A stretch of 64,000 nucleotides of DNA. Source: Octopus sinensis. Lineage: Eukaryota. The stretch lies in the NCBI RefSeq assembly GCF_006345805.1, contig NC_043001.1, forward strand, positions 23,622,001-23,686,000, given 5' to 3'. Below, piece by piece: positions 1-12,900 of the stretch. The position numbers were made by a program, and so were the translations under genes. The notes beneath the pieces are model-generated. The model made no database searches. It was not told the DNA's origin and worked only from the letters and a program-made list of their open reading frames with translations. Every line of letters begins with the position of its first letter. Position 1 is the first letter of the stretch.

Positions 1-149
1 ATATTTATTTCTAATTCATATTGAATATCCTTATAGACTTAATATTTTTAGAAAATTTTATTGAGCCAAAGGTAATATTGTAAAGTTTAATCAATTGACA
101 AAAAAAAAAAAGAAAAATGAAAAGAAAGCATGTTTAGCTATCTTAGACA

Positions 150-565
150 ACTCTCTACTTCATATTCTTTTCTACTCTAGGCACGAAGCCCAAAATTTTG
201 GGGCAGGGGGCCACTCAATTAGATCGACCCCAGTATGCTACTGGTACTTGATTTATCGACCCCGAAAGGATGAAAGGCAAAGTCGACCTCGGTGGAATTT
301 GAATTCAGAATGTAAAGACAGACGAAAAATACCTATTTCTTTACTACCCACTAGGGGCTAAACACAGAGAGGACAAACAAGGACAGACAAACGGATTAAG
401 TCGATTACATCAACCCCAGTGCGTAACTGGTACTTATTTAATCGACCCCGAAAGGATGAAAGGCAAAGTTGACCTCGGCGGAATTTGAACTCAGAACGTA
501 AAGACAGACGAAATACCGCTAAGCATTTCGCCTGGCGTGCTGACGCTTCTGCCAGCTCACTGCCA
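150..565 (-). mobile_element. tRNA-derived SINE family B (Nin/Deu-like central domain), tandem dimer
   Basis: Reverse complement carries GAGTTCAAATTCC (B box) and GGTCGACTTTGCCTTTCATCCTTTCGGGGTCGATAAA. Further copies near 2900-3147, 5830-5980, 11600-12015, 12480-12860, 14090-14270, 19880-20090, 20815-21045, 33860-34085, 46545-46855, 51735-51950. Confidence 0.85.
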
Positions 566-1199
566 TAGTCTCTACTTCATATTGTGGATCTATTTTCTTT
601 TGTACCTATCATCTTTGTAAATACTGAAATCATTCATGATTATTAGAAGGAAAACAAAAATAAAATGAAAATAAAAAATATCCATAAAACTATTCAAAAA
701 ATTTCACATGGCATGTAATATGTTTTATCTCACGGCCTATTTTTACATGTCTATTCAATTTATCATTTTTCTCTGTATTTTCTACCCTGCAGCCAATCCT
801 CACCTTTATATTTCTGCCATGATTCATTACATCATTTCTCTTTTTGAATGCTCTTTCTGCTTCATGAATATTCATGAAATGCTCAAATTTTACAACAAAC
901 ATGTTTTTCAGTTTTATAAACACACTAGCCTGGCTTTGCAAAATGGTCACATTTAATTCAAAGCATTAAAAATGTTATGAAAACAATTGGTATGTGTCCA
1001 CAAAGTCCAAATGATTAATACGAAAAAACCCTCCAGGCTACATCCTGAAAATTCATTTCTTTGCCGAATTGCTACAATGTTTACGGTGATTCGTTTTTAT
1101 ATCTTGATTTTTTATTTTTCATGCAATTTACGCATGCTTGCACGCGTGGTGAAGACAGTTCACGTCAAACAGCTGACTGAGTAAAGTTCACTATTCAAT

Positions 1200-1415
1200 G
1201 CATGGGATAAGGCCTAAACAAACACATTATCGATTTTTGCACTTGCAAGATGAATTTTGGAACAGAAATAGCGCAGTTCAATTTTCATTTGCCTAAACTT
1301 TAAATGACCCATTTTTGGTGGTTCTACGATTTGTTGGCTAGGAGATGTGCCGGAAAGTTAAACACACAGATACACACACAAGACACACAAGTTGAGTTTT
1401 ATATATATAGATTTG
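1200..1415 (+). mobile_element. Possible 3' end of a Helitron/Helentron-type non-autonomous element
   Basis: Ends in CACACACAAGTTGAGTTTTATATATATAGAT, a typical terminus of such elements; 5' limit unclear. Confidence 0.35.
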
Positions 1416-1574
1416 ATATCCTGAATGAAAGCAACTGTAGCAATAGCTAATGGAACACTTAATGGCTGCTTTTATATAATATATGCATGCATTATTTCTC
1501 CATGGATAAAATTGAATATTTAATTACAATAATAAAATTACACACAAAAAATAGTTTGATGAAAGAAAATTTTC

Positions 1575-1740
1575 AGGAGTGGCTGTGTGGCAAGTAGCTT
1601 GCTTACCAACCACATGGTTCCGGGTTCAGTCCCACTGCGAGGCACATTGTGCAAGTGTCTTCTACTACAGCCTTGAGCCGACCCAAGCCTTGTGAGTGGA
1701 TTTGGTAGACGGAAACTGAAAGAAGCCTGTCGTATATATG

Positions 1741-1783
<43 letters not shown>

Positions 1784-2025
1784 GTGTGTGTGTGTGTCTG
1801 TGTCTGTGTGTGTGTGTATGTGTGTTTGTGCGTTCGGGTTTGTCCCCCCAACATCGCTTGATGTTGTGTTTACGTCCCTGTAACTTAGCAGTTCAGCAAA
1901 AGAGACCAATAGAATAAGTACTAGGCTTACAAAGAATAAGTCCTGGGGTCGATTTGCTAGACTAAAGGCTGTGCTCCAGCATGGCCACAGTCAAATGACT
2001 GAAACAAGTAAAAGAATAAAAGAGT
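1575..2025 (+). mobile_element. tRNA-derived SINE family A (CORE-like TTGGGCAAGTG, internal TA/TG microsatellite)
   Basis: A box TGGCTGTGTGG, B box GGTTCAGTCCC, tail GAAACAAGTAAAAGA. Other copies listed separately or near 26495-26690, 27770-27940, 30650-31060, 41390-41520, 48320-48405, 60385-60745. Confidence 0.85.
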
Positions 2026-3684
2026 AATATCTTAATTCAGAATTCACTATTTTTAAATGCACCATTATCTTGCACTATGAAACAGGTACTTGTTTGCATT
2101 TTAAGCATGTCCCAAATAATAGAAACTTTATTGTTGATAGAATTTTATTTCTGTAATATAACTGGCTGCATTAAGACATCTGATAGGTTTGTATTGGCTC
2201 TGACATGCCAATACAAGCTTATCAAGAGCAAACAGTATCCTGAATGTATTTATTACCTAAATATCTAGTCCAGTTTTTATGGATTTATACTGACATAAGG
2301 CAAAAAGGAATTTATAAGTGTTTCCTATCACACAAAAGCCACTTGAATTGGATACAATGACCTTCATAAAGCATTCAATGTTTATTAAACTGAGTTCAGT
2401 TATTCTGGCAGAAGGAGTGAAAAAGGTGTCTAAATATTGAAAAGAAATGGGTTTGAGTTTCTTTTCAACCACTTCAGTTTCTTTATTGAAACTTCCAGTA
2501 TGTCTTTGAATAAATTTACTAATGACTTTAAAATGAAGATTTTTATAACTATGAGTTATTTATTAGTATTTATAAGTATTTATAAGTTTGATATGAATAA
2601 TGTTAATCTTTTATTGAATAATTTTATTAAAGAAAGTGCTGCAGTAGTAAATGGTTAATTTGTGCACAATTAACCAGCTATTATGAATGAAGTAAATAAA
2701 AATCTATGAAATATATTCTGGTTAAATATTTATGATATAATGTAGTTAGTTTTTATAGTTTGTCTCGTCTCATCTGAAAAAGATGAAAGATTGTGTTTTG
2801 AATTGATTTAAACTTAGAATTATATATAATTCACAGAATTGCAACATTCACTAAACAATTTTGCTTGACAAGTCAAAAATGTTGAGATTGGGAGAATTGA
2901 AAGACACTTCTAACTCAGAACATAAAGACAGACGAAATACATATTTCTTTACTACCCACAAGGGGCTAAACACAGAGAGGACAAACAAGGACAGACGAAG
3001 AAGGGATTAAGTCGATTATATCGACCCCAGTGCGTAACTGGTACTTATTTAATTGATCCCGAAAGGATGAAAGGCAACGTCGACCTCGGCGGAATTTGAA
3101 CTCAGAACGTAGCGGCAGACGAAATACCGCTAAGCATTTCGCCGCCACCTTACTGAGACAGACCTGCCCACACTCACTACATGTTAAATTGGGCTGTGTA
3201 CCAGCATAATTAAGCACATTAATATCTCTCTTAATGCTTGTAACATGTAACCCAGTACGACCTGCAGCACGATTGGGTCGTAGGCAACTAAATTGGCATG
3301 CATACATACATGCATTTAAGGATATATATGTGAATGTCTAGACATGCAACTATATGCATGAGAATATATACATAAAACAAAACATACAAATGTGCACATG
3401 CACTGACTTTAAACACTGCACATATATAATATACATACATGCACAAACACACTGCTGATGTTGAAATTCCAATGAAGGAGCTTTGGATCTAGGTTAGAAA
3501 CTGGCTCTTTCTTTATTTGCAAGAAATCTTGAAAGAAACTGAATGACTTACAAACATACACACATTTACAAACATATAAATTAGTTCCTGTCTAATTTAT
3601 ATGGAATGTAATAGGAACTGCAAAGCTTTTTCTTGTGGAATGATATAAGAATTGAAAAGAAGTGTGAATAAATTAACATTCTGT

Positions 3685-4037
3685 TACTCTGTTACTTGTT
3701 TCAGTCATTTGACTGTGGCCGTGCTGGAGCACCACTTTTAGTCGAGCAAACCGACCCCAGGACTTATTCTTTGCAAGTCTAGTACTTATTCTATCGGCCT
3801 CTTTTGCCGAACAGCTAAGTTTGGTTGCCAAGCGATGTTGGGGGTTGGGGTGGGACAAACACATTTATACATACATATATACGACGGGCTTCTTTCATTT
3901 TCCGTCTACCAAATCCACTCACAAGGCTTTGGTCGGCCCGAGGCTATAGTAGAAGACACTTGCCCAAGGTGCCACGCAGTGGGACTGAACCCGGAACCAT
4001 GTGGTTGGTAAGCAAGCTACTTACCACACAGCCACTC
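3685..4037 (-). mobile_element. SINE family A
   Basis: Reverse-complement match to the 1575-2025 copy. Confidence 0.85.
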
Positions 4038-4519
4038 ATGAACCACATGTTTAAGATTGTTTGAAATCTTTTAAACTCAACATAATGACAAAGAGAATTG
4101 TATGAACGTAAACTATATTTTTGTCTTTTAATCAATAAAGAAGGGTGGGGAGGTAAGCAATTCTACTGACATTTTGATGTATGACTGGTATTTGTCACTG
4201 AGAACCACAACAATCTTGATTTGTTCTTTTGTATTTCAACTTAAAATTGTGTTAGAGCAACTTTTTCTAAATATCAGTTTACCATCGGTATACTGTTTCA
4301 GTTTAGCTAGTCTGTACAAACTGAAGGAATCTGTGTGATTGCTAGATTTGCTAGAAACAACAGCCAAATCTCACTTAAAGCACCCTGTTGTCTTAAATAA
4401 AGAACATATAGGATAATGTTGTCTTAGACATACTCTCCAAAAGATGGGTGGTCACAGATGGAATAACTTTGATCATTCCTGTTCAGTCAGGGTAAACTCG
4501 GGGCTAAACAACAAACGAA

Positions 4520-4826
4520 GGCGATCTTACGGTATATGTACCAGTGTACTTCCGGAAGTACTGGATACATTTCAAAAAAGTGTTTTTTTTAATATATGAG
4601 GGGGGGGGGTTAGGGTTAGGGTTTGTGTTAGGGTTGGGTTAGGGGTGGGAGAAAAGGGTTTCTGTTATCTTCAGAAATGTAAACAAAGTCACGTGTGTAC
4701 ATATACCGAAGCATCGCCACATACCCCAACAGAAACCCTAACCCCACCATATATACCCCCCCTCAGTTTTTTGAAATGTAACCGGTACTTTCGGAGGTAC
4801 ACCGGTACATATACCGTAAGATCGCC
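4520..4826. mobile_element. MITE with TIRs GGCGATCTTACGGTATATGTACC and internal TTAGGG/CCCTAA tracts
   Basis: TIRs at both ends with longer imperfect subterminal symmetry; no TSD seen. Confidence 0.75.
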
Positions 4827-5019
4827 ACTCTCTCTAAGAAAACAATATAAATGAGCCTACAAGAAACGTCTATGCAGACATTCCACTTTCTAGAAATAGC
4901 AGTCAAATCTCCTTTAAATTACACCTTACTACTTTGAAAGGAGAAACCATATTGGATAATGAAGTAGTATTGTTAATAGGTCTCCTGGATCAGGGTTGAC
5001 CTTGGCTAACCAGCAACAA

Positions 5020-5720
5020 ACAATATAAAGGCGGAAGAATATTTGACTAGCAACTGTTTAAGTCATCACCGGTTGAAACCTACTTCAAGTTTTATTTCAA
5101 AATAAAGAAGGTAAGTTTATATAATAAAGATTTGATTAATTTTCAAGAAGTGTTAAAACCCTCTTTTCTGTGATATTTATTATCATTGCACGATTAAATC
5201 CGTAAAGAATCGCGAGTATTCTTTCAGTAAACAAGAGCGGTTACTTTGAAATTGTCAGTTTGAGACTTTGACAATTGTTATCTGGTGGAGAAAATATAAT
5301 CGCGGAAGGAAGAAAATATATTAAAACAAATGGATAAACCAGCTTGGAAGTAGTTATATGCTGCTATTAAAACTTGTGGGTTTTATTTACGAGTTTATAC
5401 GAATATGAAAACAACTTCATTTTTGCAGCATATTTTGTATTCGGATTAATGCCGAGAATCTGGGACAAAATGCAGTCGAAACATTTTCGACTCACTTTTC
5501 GAACAATCCAAGATTTTAAAGTTTCGTTTACTTCCCGCGCCGACTCTGCATTGGTGGCTTGCTTATCCCGAACGAATTCCGCATCTTCTTTGCTCTTAGG
5601 ACCTGTGTCCTCTTATGTAGCTGTGCGATATATTCCGGGCTAGATTAAGTGCAATAGAGGCCATAAGAACTTAGACGGCAAAGACTTCCGCCCGGCGGAA
5701 AGACTTCTTAGAAGATTTTG
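5020..5720. promoter_or_regulatory. Candidate promoter / first-exon region
   Basis: Non-repetitive and locally CpG-retaining. CGGAA (ETS-like) motifs near 5030 and 5300; palindrome TTCCGCC-C-GGCGGAA at 5686-5700; + donor gaag|gtaagt after 5110; - donor aaaa|gtgagt at 5496/5495. Confidence 0.4.
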
Positions 5721-5982
5721 GTACCCCCATGTATATGTAATTTAAAATATAAGCAACAATAAACTATAAAATAAATTTTTACGTTTCAAAAATTATACAA
5801 AACTAACAGTAAGATGGAAAATGATCCTTTCTAGTAAAGGTAAAAGGCCTGAAATTTTAGGGATGGAGACTAGTCGATTACATCGACTCCAGTGTTTCAC
5901 TGGTATTTAATTTGATTTGTCGACCTCGGTGGAATTAGAACTCAGAACGTAAAGGAGGACGAAATGCTGCTAAGCATTTCGG

Positions 5983-6987
5983 GTTAAACTCCAGTGTTTG
6001 ACCCGAGCACAAAAAAAAAAGAAAGAAATATAGTGCAATAGGTGTAAAACAACATCTAGTAAACGAATATGAAAAAAAAAAGAAAAAATGTGCGCTGGCG
6101 AAGGAGAGGGGACTCGAAAAATTCACTTGCCCAAGGCGTCATGCAGTGGGACTGAACCCGGAACCGTGTGGTTTGGAAGGATATCCATTTTCTTGAAGGA
6201 AAAAATCGGACCGTGTGAATTGTCCTGGTCCTCCCACCACCCTGTTCGCCAGCAAGTGCTTTCAACTATAGCCTCGGGCCAACCAATGCGTTCTGGAGGC
6301 CGAAAGTGGCATTTCGGAGGAAAAAATTATCTATGCTATAAACGAAGATGAAAACAAAAATTTTCGCACAAATATTTTCGATTCTGTCTTCTACATTATG
6401 GTTATTAACAAAAAGAATTGCAGCGTAGATGTTTGTAAGCCAGTCAAGAACACACACACCAGGACAATTCACACGATCCGATTTTTTCCCTGAAGAAAAT
6501 GGATATTCTTCCCAACCACACGGTTCCGGGTTCAGTCCCATTGCATGGCACAATAGGAGAAGTCCTCTCTCCCCCGCCCCCTGTTCGCCAGCGCGCATTT
6601 TCCCCCCATATTCGTTTACTACATGTTGTTTTACACCTATTACACCATTTTTTTCATTTTTGTGACCGGGTTTTGAAGTGGGGTTACTGGATCGTGTGAA
6701 TTATCCGAGTCCGCACCCCGCCCACCCCCGTCACAAAAATTGAGAAAAAAAAAATGTACTAGGTGTAAAATAATGTTTAGTTAACGAATATGAAGAAAAA
6801 ATTTCACCAACGGACAGGGAAGTGGTGAGAGGACTCGGAATATTCTCGATGTGAATTTTCCGAGTCGTCTCCCCCACCTCCTGTTCACCAGCGCGCATTT
6901 CTTTTTCATATTCGTTTACTACATGTTGTTTTACACCTATTGTACTATATATATATATTTTGCTCCAGTCAAACACTGGAGTTTAAC
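5983..6987. mobile_element. Composite foldback element with nested inverted repeats, inserted into a family-B SINE
   Basis: TTAAACTCCAGTGTTTGAC (5984-6002) and its reverse complement (6968-6986); imperfect arms continue for over 100 bp; inner inverted pair at about 6140-6230 and 6458-6548. Confidence 0.75.
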
Positions 6988-9562
6988 TGTATTTCGCCCG
7001 GCTGGTTAACGATCCTGCCAGTTTGGTGCCTTAGTAAGATGGAAAATAATGCTTATCTTTTTGCACTTCTAATTTATTTATATTTAAAAAAAATTTCCAC
7101 CTTTTTTAATTGCAAAGTCTTTGATGAGATCCTCACCATGAAACCATGAGCACTTTTGAATTTATGTTTCCAATCATACAAAAAACTTCGAATATTATTC
7201 TGGCAAGTTTAAAATGCTTTCTTTTGTGCTGTGAACCATACACCATTTCTGTGGTGCCCATCATCCCTTTGATTCCTTAAGCACATGCTTATTTTGCATA
7301 ATGGTTAATCCAGCGCTGACTTCATTAATTGTTAGGTAGACTGAATGGAGGTTGATTCGTTCAACCTAATGAGATAAATTTAATTTTCAAGGGAATCCTA
7401 GTAAAGCTAAATATCTACTCAGTTCCAGAACTGAGTATTTCCATTATCTATGCATGAGGAAACATTTCGGATAGGCTTATCCATTTTACCTGGGATCGAG
7501 GAATATGCTTTATAGCATTGCATATAAAGCATAACTTGCTATCACTGTGAGAGCTCGTTAATTACATTTTTAATCAACCAAATCATCATCATCATCATCA
7601 TCGTTTAACGTCCGTTCTCCATGCTAGCATGGGTTGGATGGTTCAACTGGGGTCTGGGAAGCCAGAAGGCTGCACCAGCCTCCAGTCTTATCTGGCAATG
7701 TTTCTACAGCTGGATGCCCTTCCTAACGCCAACCACTCCGTGAGTGTAGTGGGTGCTTTTTACGTGCCACCTGCACAGGTGCCAGGCGAGGCTGGCAACG
7801 GCCATGGTCGGATTGGCGTATTTTATGTGCCACCGGCACGGAAATATGAATCATTTTGTTGTACAATCTTTCCTTTAACTTGAAAATACCCTTTTCCCAG
7901 AATTAAGGTGCCTGGGAGGGTAAGTCGAAAGGTAAGCTACTATAAATCGGCACGAACTTTCCGGACAACCCAATATTTTGTTGCGAAGAGGAAAGAGCCA
8001 AGTGTCTTATAATGCTTACAAGAATTATAATAGGTCTCTACAGACTTAGGGAGAATGGCTAGAGAAAAATGTTGAGATAATAGTTAAAATGTTTTAATAT
8101 TATATAAAATTTTTTGAAGTTATATTTGCGTGTGCTTTTGTGTAAAATTAGTCGTGGGTATGAGAAAGTTTGAGGTGAATTGTTATGTGTGTCAAAATGT
8201 AGGACATGGTGCATAAAAATAATTACGTGCATGTGCGGGGTACGTTTAGGTACCTATTGATAGCAGTTTTGACAAGTACACGTATGTATGTAAGCAAGCT
8301 AGTTAATAGTCTTTGTGTCAAAACTTGAAGTGGCAATCGATATACAATTTGCTGAGGGTATCTAATGTGAAGTTTCGTGGAAATATACAGACAGACATTT
8401 CTAATGTCCCAGGTATAGTGTTTCTTCAAAACTTGTTACCACAATGATGTTTATATATGGTTATAGTTTGGAGGGTCATGTTATCCAAGTGTTCTGGAGT
8501 TGATTACACAACAATGATCAATGGCAATTGACCGAACGTGATTTTTTTTTTCTCAGAGGATGTGTTTATTTTCAAAGAATTGATGATAGCACTTACATTT
8601 TCATCAGTTGAGTTTGAGTAACCTTGGTTTGTCTTTACTTCTGCATGCTTTAGAAAAGTAATGTTCATGGTTCCAGTGTGCTGAACACTTTTCTGCAACA
8701 AAACCGTTAAGTGATAATAATGTATACAATAATTTCATTATTATTATTATCATTTAACAGTTTTGTTGTAGAATGACTTCCATGACTTCTGTTACAATCT
8801 TGATTAAATAAATCAAGAACAGACATCTTGATTTATTACAGAAGGCTTGATAACAGCACTTTTTTTGTCACTCTTTTCATTCTTGTAAATTCTGGTTGAT
8901 GTAAATTCCTTATGAATCTAAAAGGTAGATTGCTGGTCTTTTATCAGTTTCCTTGGTCTCAATAAATTGGAGTACTAGTTCCAAGGATCATAACGCTAAA
9001 GAGGTGCAACTGAATTTATGGATTTTGGAGGTTACAAAATAAGATATCCTTAGTAATTGTAGCTGAGTACTTAAATTCATTTTAAATTTTATATATGAGT
9101 ACAAAAGAAACCGGTTTTTCTGATCTTTGGACTTGTAGCATGAATAGTCATTACATTTTTTTCACTGAATTTTTTTTTACAGCAATAACCTGTAAGCTTT
9201 CTTATGGTAACTTGAAAATGTATCTGTAAATTATATATCTAGAAGTTAACGCCTTCCAGATGAATTTTCTTTCATCCTTTCTGATCAGATAAAATATTTA
9301 TGGTGATTTATTCCACTGTACTCTTTATGTCTAACAAAAACTATACTCTATATTTCTTATTAAAACTGTACTGAAATTTTGTTAAAACTATCAATATTAA
9401 AGTTGTTGCTGTGGGCAAATTTAAAATGTTTTATTTCTTACTTTTTTTGATTACAGATCTGAGTGGAAAGTGAGAATAACTACCTTCCTTCAATTTAATC
9501 TGTTATATTTTTTTTTCTGAGAAAAATAACCCACAAAAGAATAAAAGACATTTTAATACACA

Positions 9563-9997
9563 ATGGATTTGGATGTAGAAATACCACTCAAGGAGAGACT
9601 TTCAGGGTTATCTTCTAAATTTTCTCATGCTGTCATTGATCTAGACAATGAAAATATATATTCTGATGATCATTCACATGCTAACGTTCAGTTTGATGAA
9701 CCTCTCAATTCATATCAAGAAAACAGAGATCTCAAATCTGGTTCCACAGTCTCGGACTTTGTAGGTGTAAATAAAGAATGTGCTGATAGTGATGATTCTG
9801 ATTCCTTACCTGCATATACTGAATTAACGAGCTCTCACAGTGATGGCAAGTTATCAGAATTCCTAAAGAAACACACAACATTGTCGCAAACAGAAGTGAT
9901 AAAACACACAACTTTGAATACATTGCCACAAACAGAAGTGGTAAAGAAGAGAAAATGCTCTCCAGAAAAGATGGCTGTGAAAAAAGACCTGAAGGAT
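9563..9997 (+). CDS. EME1: EME1 coding exon 1 (low-complexity N-terminus, 145 codons)
   Basis: 170-aa ORF from ATG 9563. Acceptor ttacag at 9451-9456 precedes about 106 nt of 5' UTR. Donor GAT|gtgagt after 9997, phase 0. Confidence 0.85.
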
Positions 9998-12900
9998 GTG
10001 AGTTTAACATTATTTTTAAATAACAAAATTTATAATTTAGTGTTCCAAGAAACTAGTAATAGCCTTCATAAGTGAAAACAGTTCACATGATACATTTTTT
10101 AAAAGATAAATTTGTGTGCCATAAGGAGAAGCTGGTTCTGAGGTTTTGCATACAACCCTTTGAAGGAATGAGAAATATGTTAGAAGGTTCTGAATAATGT
10201 TGAGTAATACAAGGAAAAAAATAGCTGATGACCAGGTATTAATTATATAAGATGACCAGGTATTAATTGAGTTGTAGATCAATGATCTAAGTGAACTATA
10301 TGTGTTATACTTGTGTGTGTATGTGTGTGTGTGTGTATGTGTGTGTGTGTGTGTATGTGTATGTAGACTTCACCATCTTTTGTGATTATTGGTGATCTGT
10401 TAGAATTCAGTACTGATATTCAGTGTTCTTATTTATTACTGATAGGTATCCTTGTATTAGAATTAACCTCTTGACAACGGTCGATGCAAATATGCAATCA
10501 CACTTTTGCTTGCCTACCTACTTTGCTAACCTACATCTATCACAGACTTTTTTTTTAGCGGCTGACATATGTTTACATTCGCTATCGTGTACTTTATCTC
10601 TTGAGGTGCGCTCGCTTCCCACCCCGTGCATTATCTTAGCTATTTTAGGTTACGTTCAAGTCACGAGACTAGTAGTAGACCAATGACATGCGGATACTTT
10701 ACATGCATAATACAGTGCTTTGAGTTGTACCACACGCAAGCTATTTTTTGAACTTGAGCAGAATAACTCGTGCATATCATATTATGATAAATAGCTTCAC
10801 ATAGTTCGTTTTCATAAACCGGTAGACGTAAATGTACGACGCTATGTTATTGTAATGGTGAACATAAATAGATGCAAACTTGTTGGCACTTGTGGATCCG
10901 TGGAATAAGCTGCCGGATGAGATAGTGAAGATGCCGACGACCGCTCGGTTCAAAGTCTCTCTTGACCAGAAATGGCCTGAACTCTTTGTATGACCACCCT
11001 CCCTGCACATAACCACCTGTCCCCCTATATGGCCTTGCTTTTGCTTTTTGAGCCAATAAAAATTGAAATGAATTGAATTGAAATTGAATTGTGTGTTTAT
11101 GTAGCCTCATTAGATAAAAAAAACCTGGAGCAGTGTCTCGCATGCTTCGGGTAATACCAGCGTCAAGGGGTTAATTTGAGTTCACTGCATAAAAAATATC
11201 TTTTGGGATTTGATTACTCCCTATCTGGTGGTTGTGTGCAAGCAAGCATTGCTTGTGATGAGCACAGCTTGTGAAAAGATATTAATGTTTGATACTTTAT
11301 CTCATCACTTGAGGCTGATATTGAAGAAACTGTTCAGTTTCTGTTCTTGTTTGGCATGTTTTGTCTATGTTTTGTTGCCATGCCAAAAGATTACTGATTA
11401 TACAATTGTTCTTCATTAGCATCTTGGTCTTGAGAATGAGTTTCTGGTTCATCTAGACACATGAGTAAGCAAACCTAAAGTAGATGTAGCTTTCCCAATA
11501 TGATTATTGATCTTAGCATCAAAAGAGACCTTTTAACTGATAGTAGGTCTGATGTATGTGAATTAGTATATGTGAGCAAGTATACTAGTTCCAGTTTCTT
11601 ATTTCTTTACTGCCCACAAGGGGCTAAACATAGAGGGGACAAACAAGGACAGACAAAGGGATTAAGTTGATTACATCGACCCTAGTGCGTAACTGGTACT
11701 TAATTTATCGACCCTGAAAGGATGAAAGGCAAAGTTGACCTCGACAGAATTTGAATTCACAACGTAACGGCAGATGAAATACCTATTTCTTTACTATCCA
11801 TAAAGGGCTAAACACAGAGAGGACAAACAAGGACATACAAAGGGATTAAGTTGATTACATCGACCCCCAGTGCATAACTGGTACTTGATTTATCGACCCC
11901 GAAAGGATGAAAGGCAAAGTCGACCTCGGCGGAATTTGAACTCAGAACGTAATGGCAGACGAAATACCGCTAAGCATTTTATCTGGCGTGCTAATGTTTT
12001 TGCCAGCTCGCCACCTTGCTAGTTCCAGATGCTAATAAATCAAAGGTGGAGTGTCATTTAAAGGATGATAGTCACTCTAAAATCTTTGCAAGTATTAGAG
12101 AAATGGTCCGGAAGACACTGAAGTTATTTCTTATTGGGTGAGGACACTGGAGCATTATTGCCTTTGATTAAGAACCACACCCTCCTTGGCTCTCAGTCTT
12201 GTGCAGCTGTCTGTTAGTTTTGGTATGCGAATAGACTCCTTTGGTTGAAGTCTCAAATAATGTTTGAGAAGCAGATAGAAAGAGAATTTTGAAACTTTGT
12301 AGTGCCATATGTAGCCTTGATTCCCACTGCTGTTGATGTCTAGACGTCCAGATGGATTACTATTGTAGTTCTATTGGATTGTTGCCCTTGTATCGTCATA
12401 CAATGATAGAATCTTGCTGTGTAACTTTGAGAGACATTCATTCTTAGGAGATTTAATCAAATGACTTACTATGTCACTAATATTTATTTCTTTATTGCTC
12501 ACAGGGGTTAAACATAGAGGGGACAGACAAAGGGATTAAGTCGATTACATCAACCCCAGTGCGTAATTGGTACTTATTTAATCAACCCAGAAAGGATGAA
12601 AGGCAAAGTCGACCTCGGTGGAATTTGAACTCAGAACGTAATGGCAGACGAAATACCTATTTCTTTATTACCCACAGGGGGCTAAAAACAGAAGGGACAG
12701 ACAAGGACAGACAAACGGATTAAGTCGATTACATCGACCCCAGTGCATAACTAGTGCTTAATTTATCGACCCAGAAAGGATGAAAGGCAAAGTCGACCTC
12801 GGCGGAATTTGAACTCAGAATGTAATGGCAGATGAATACCACTAAGCATTTCGCCCGGCAGGCCTCTCTGTTTCTCTGCATTTCTGAATTTGGTAATTGT

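Noticed and set aside
1538-1909. ORFs rich in His/Thr/Tyr/Ile or Cys/Val (also 18452-18706, 38228-38571, 43503-43857, 47400-48405)
   Set aside because: They are translations of SINE bodies and (CA)/(TA)/(ACAT) microsatellites, not proteins.
1-5600. MRPL27 expected head-to-head with EME1 from vertebrate synteny
   Set aside because: No ASKK.GGS..N or HPG.NV motifs found by eye on the - strand; ORFs 690-950, 708-956 and 2257-2472 have no recognisable homology or convincing splice chain.
8220-8700. Possible Gypsy gag zinc knuckle/protease remnant, or an antisense exon (8598-8693, AG...GTAAGT)
   Set aside because: Motif similarity is marginal and needs several frameshifts; no partner exons identified.
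9998-10075. C-terminal part of the 170-aa ORF (VSLTLFLNNK...)
   Set aside because: Read-through into the intron after the gtgagt donor.
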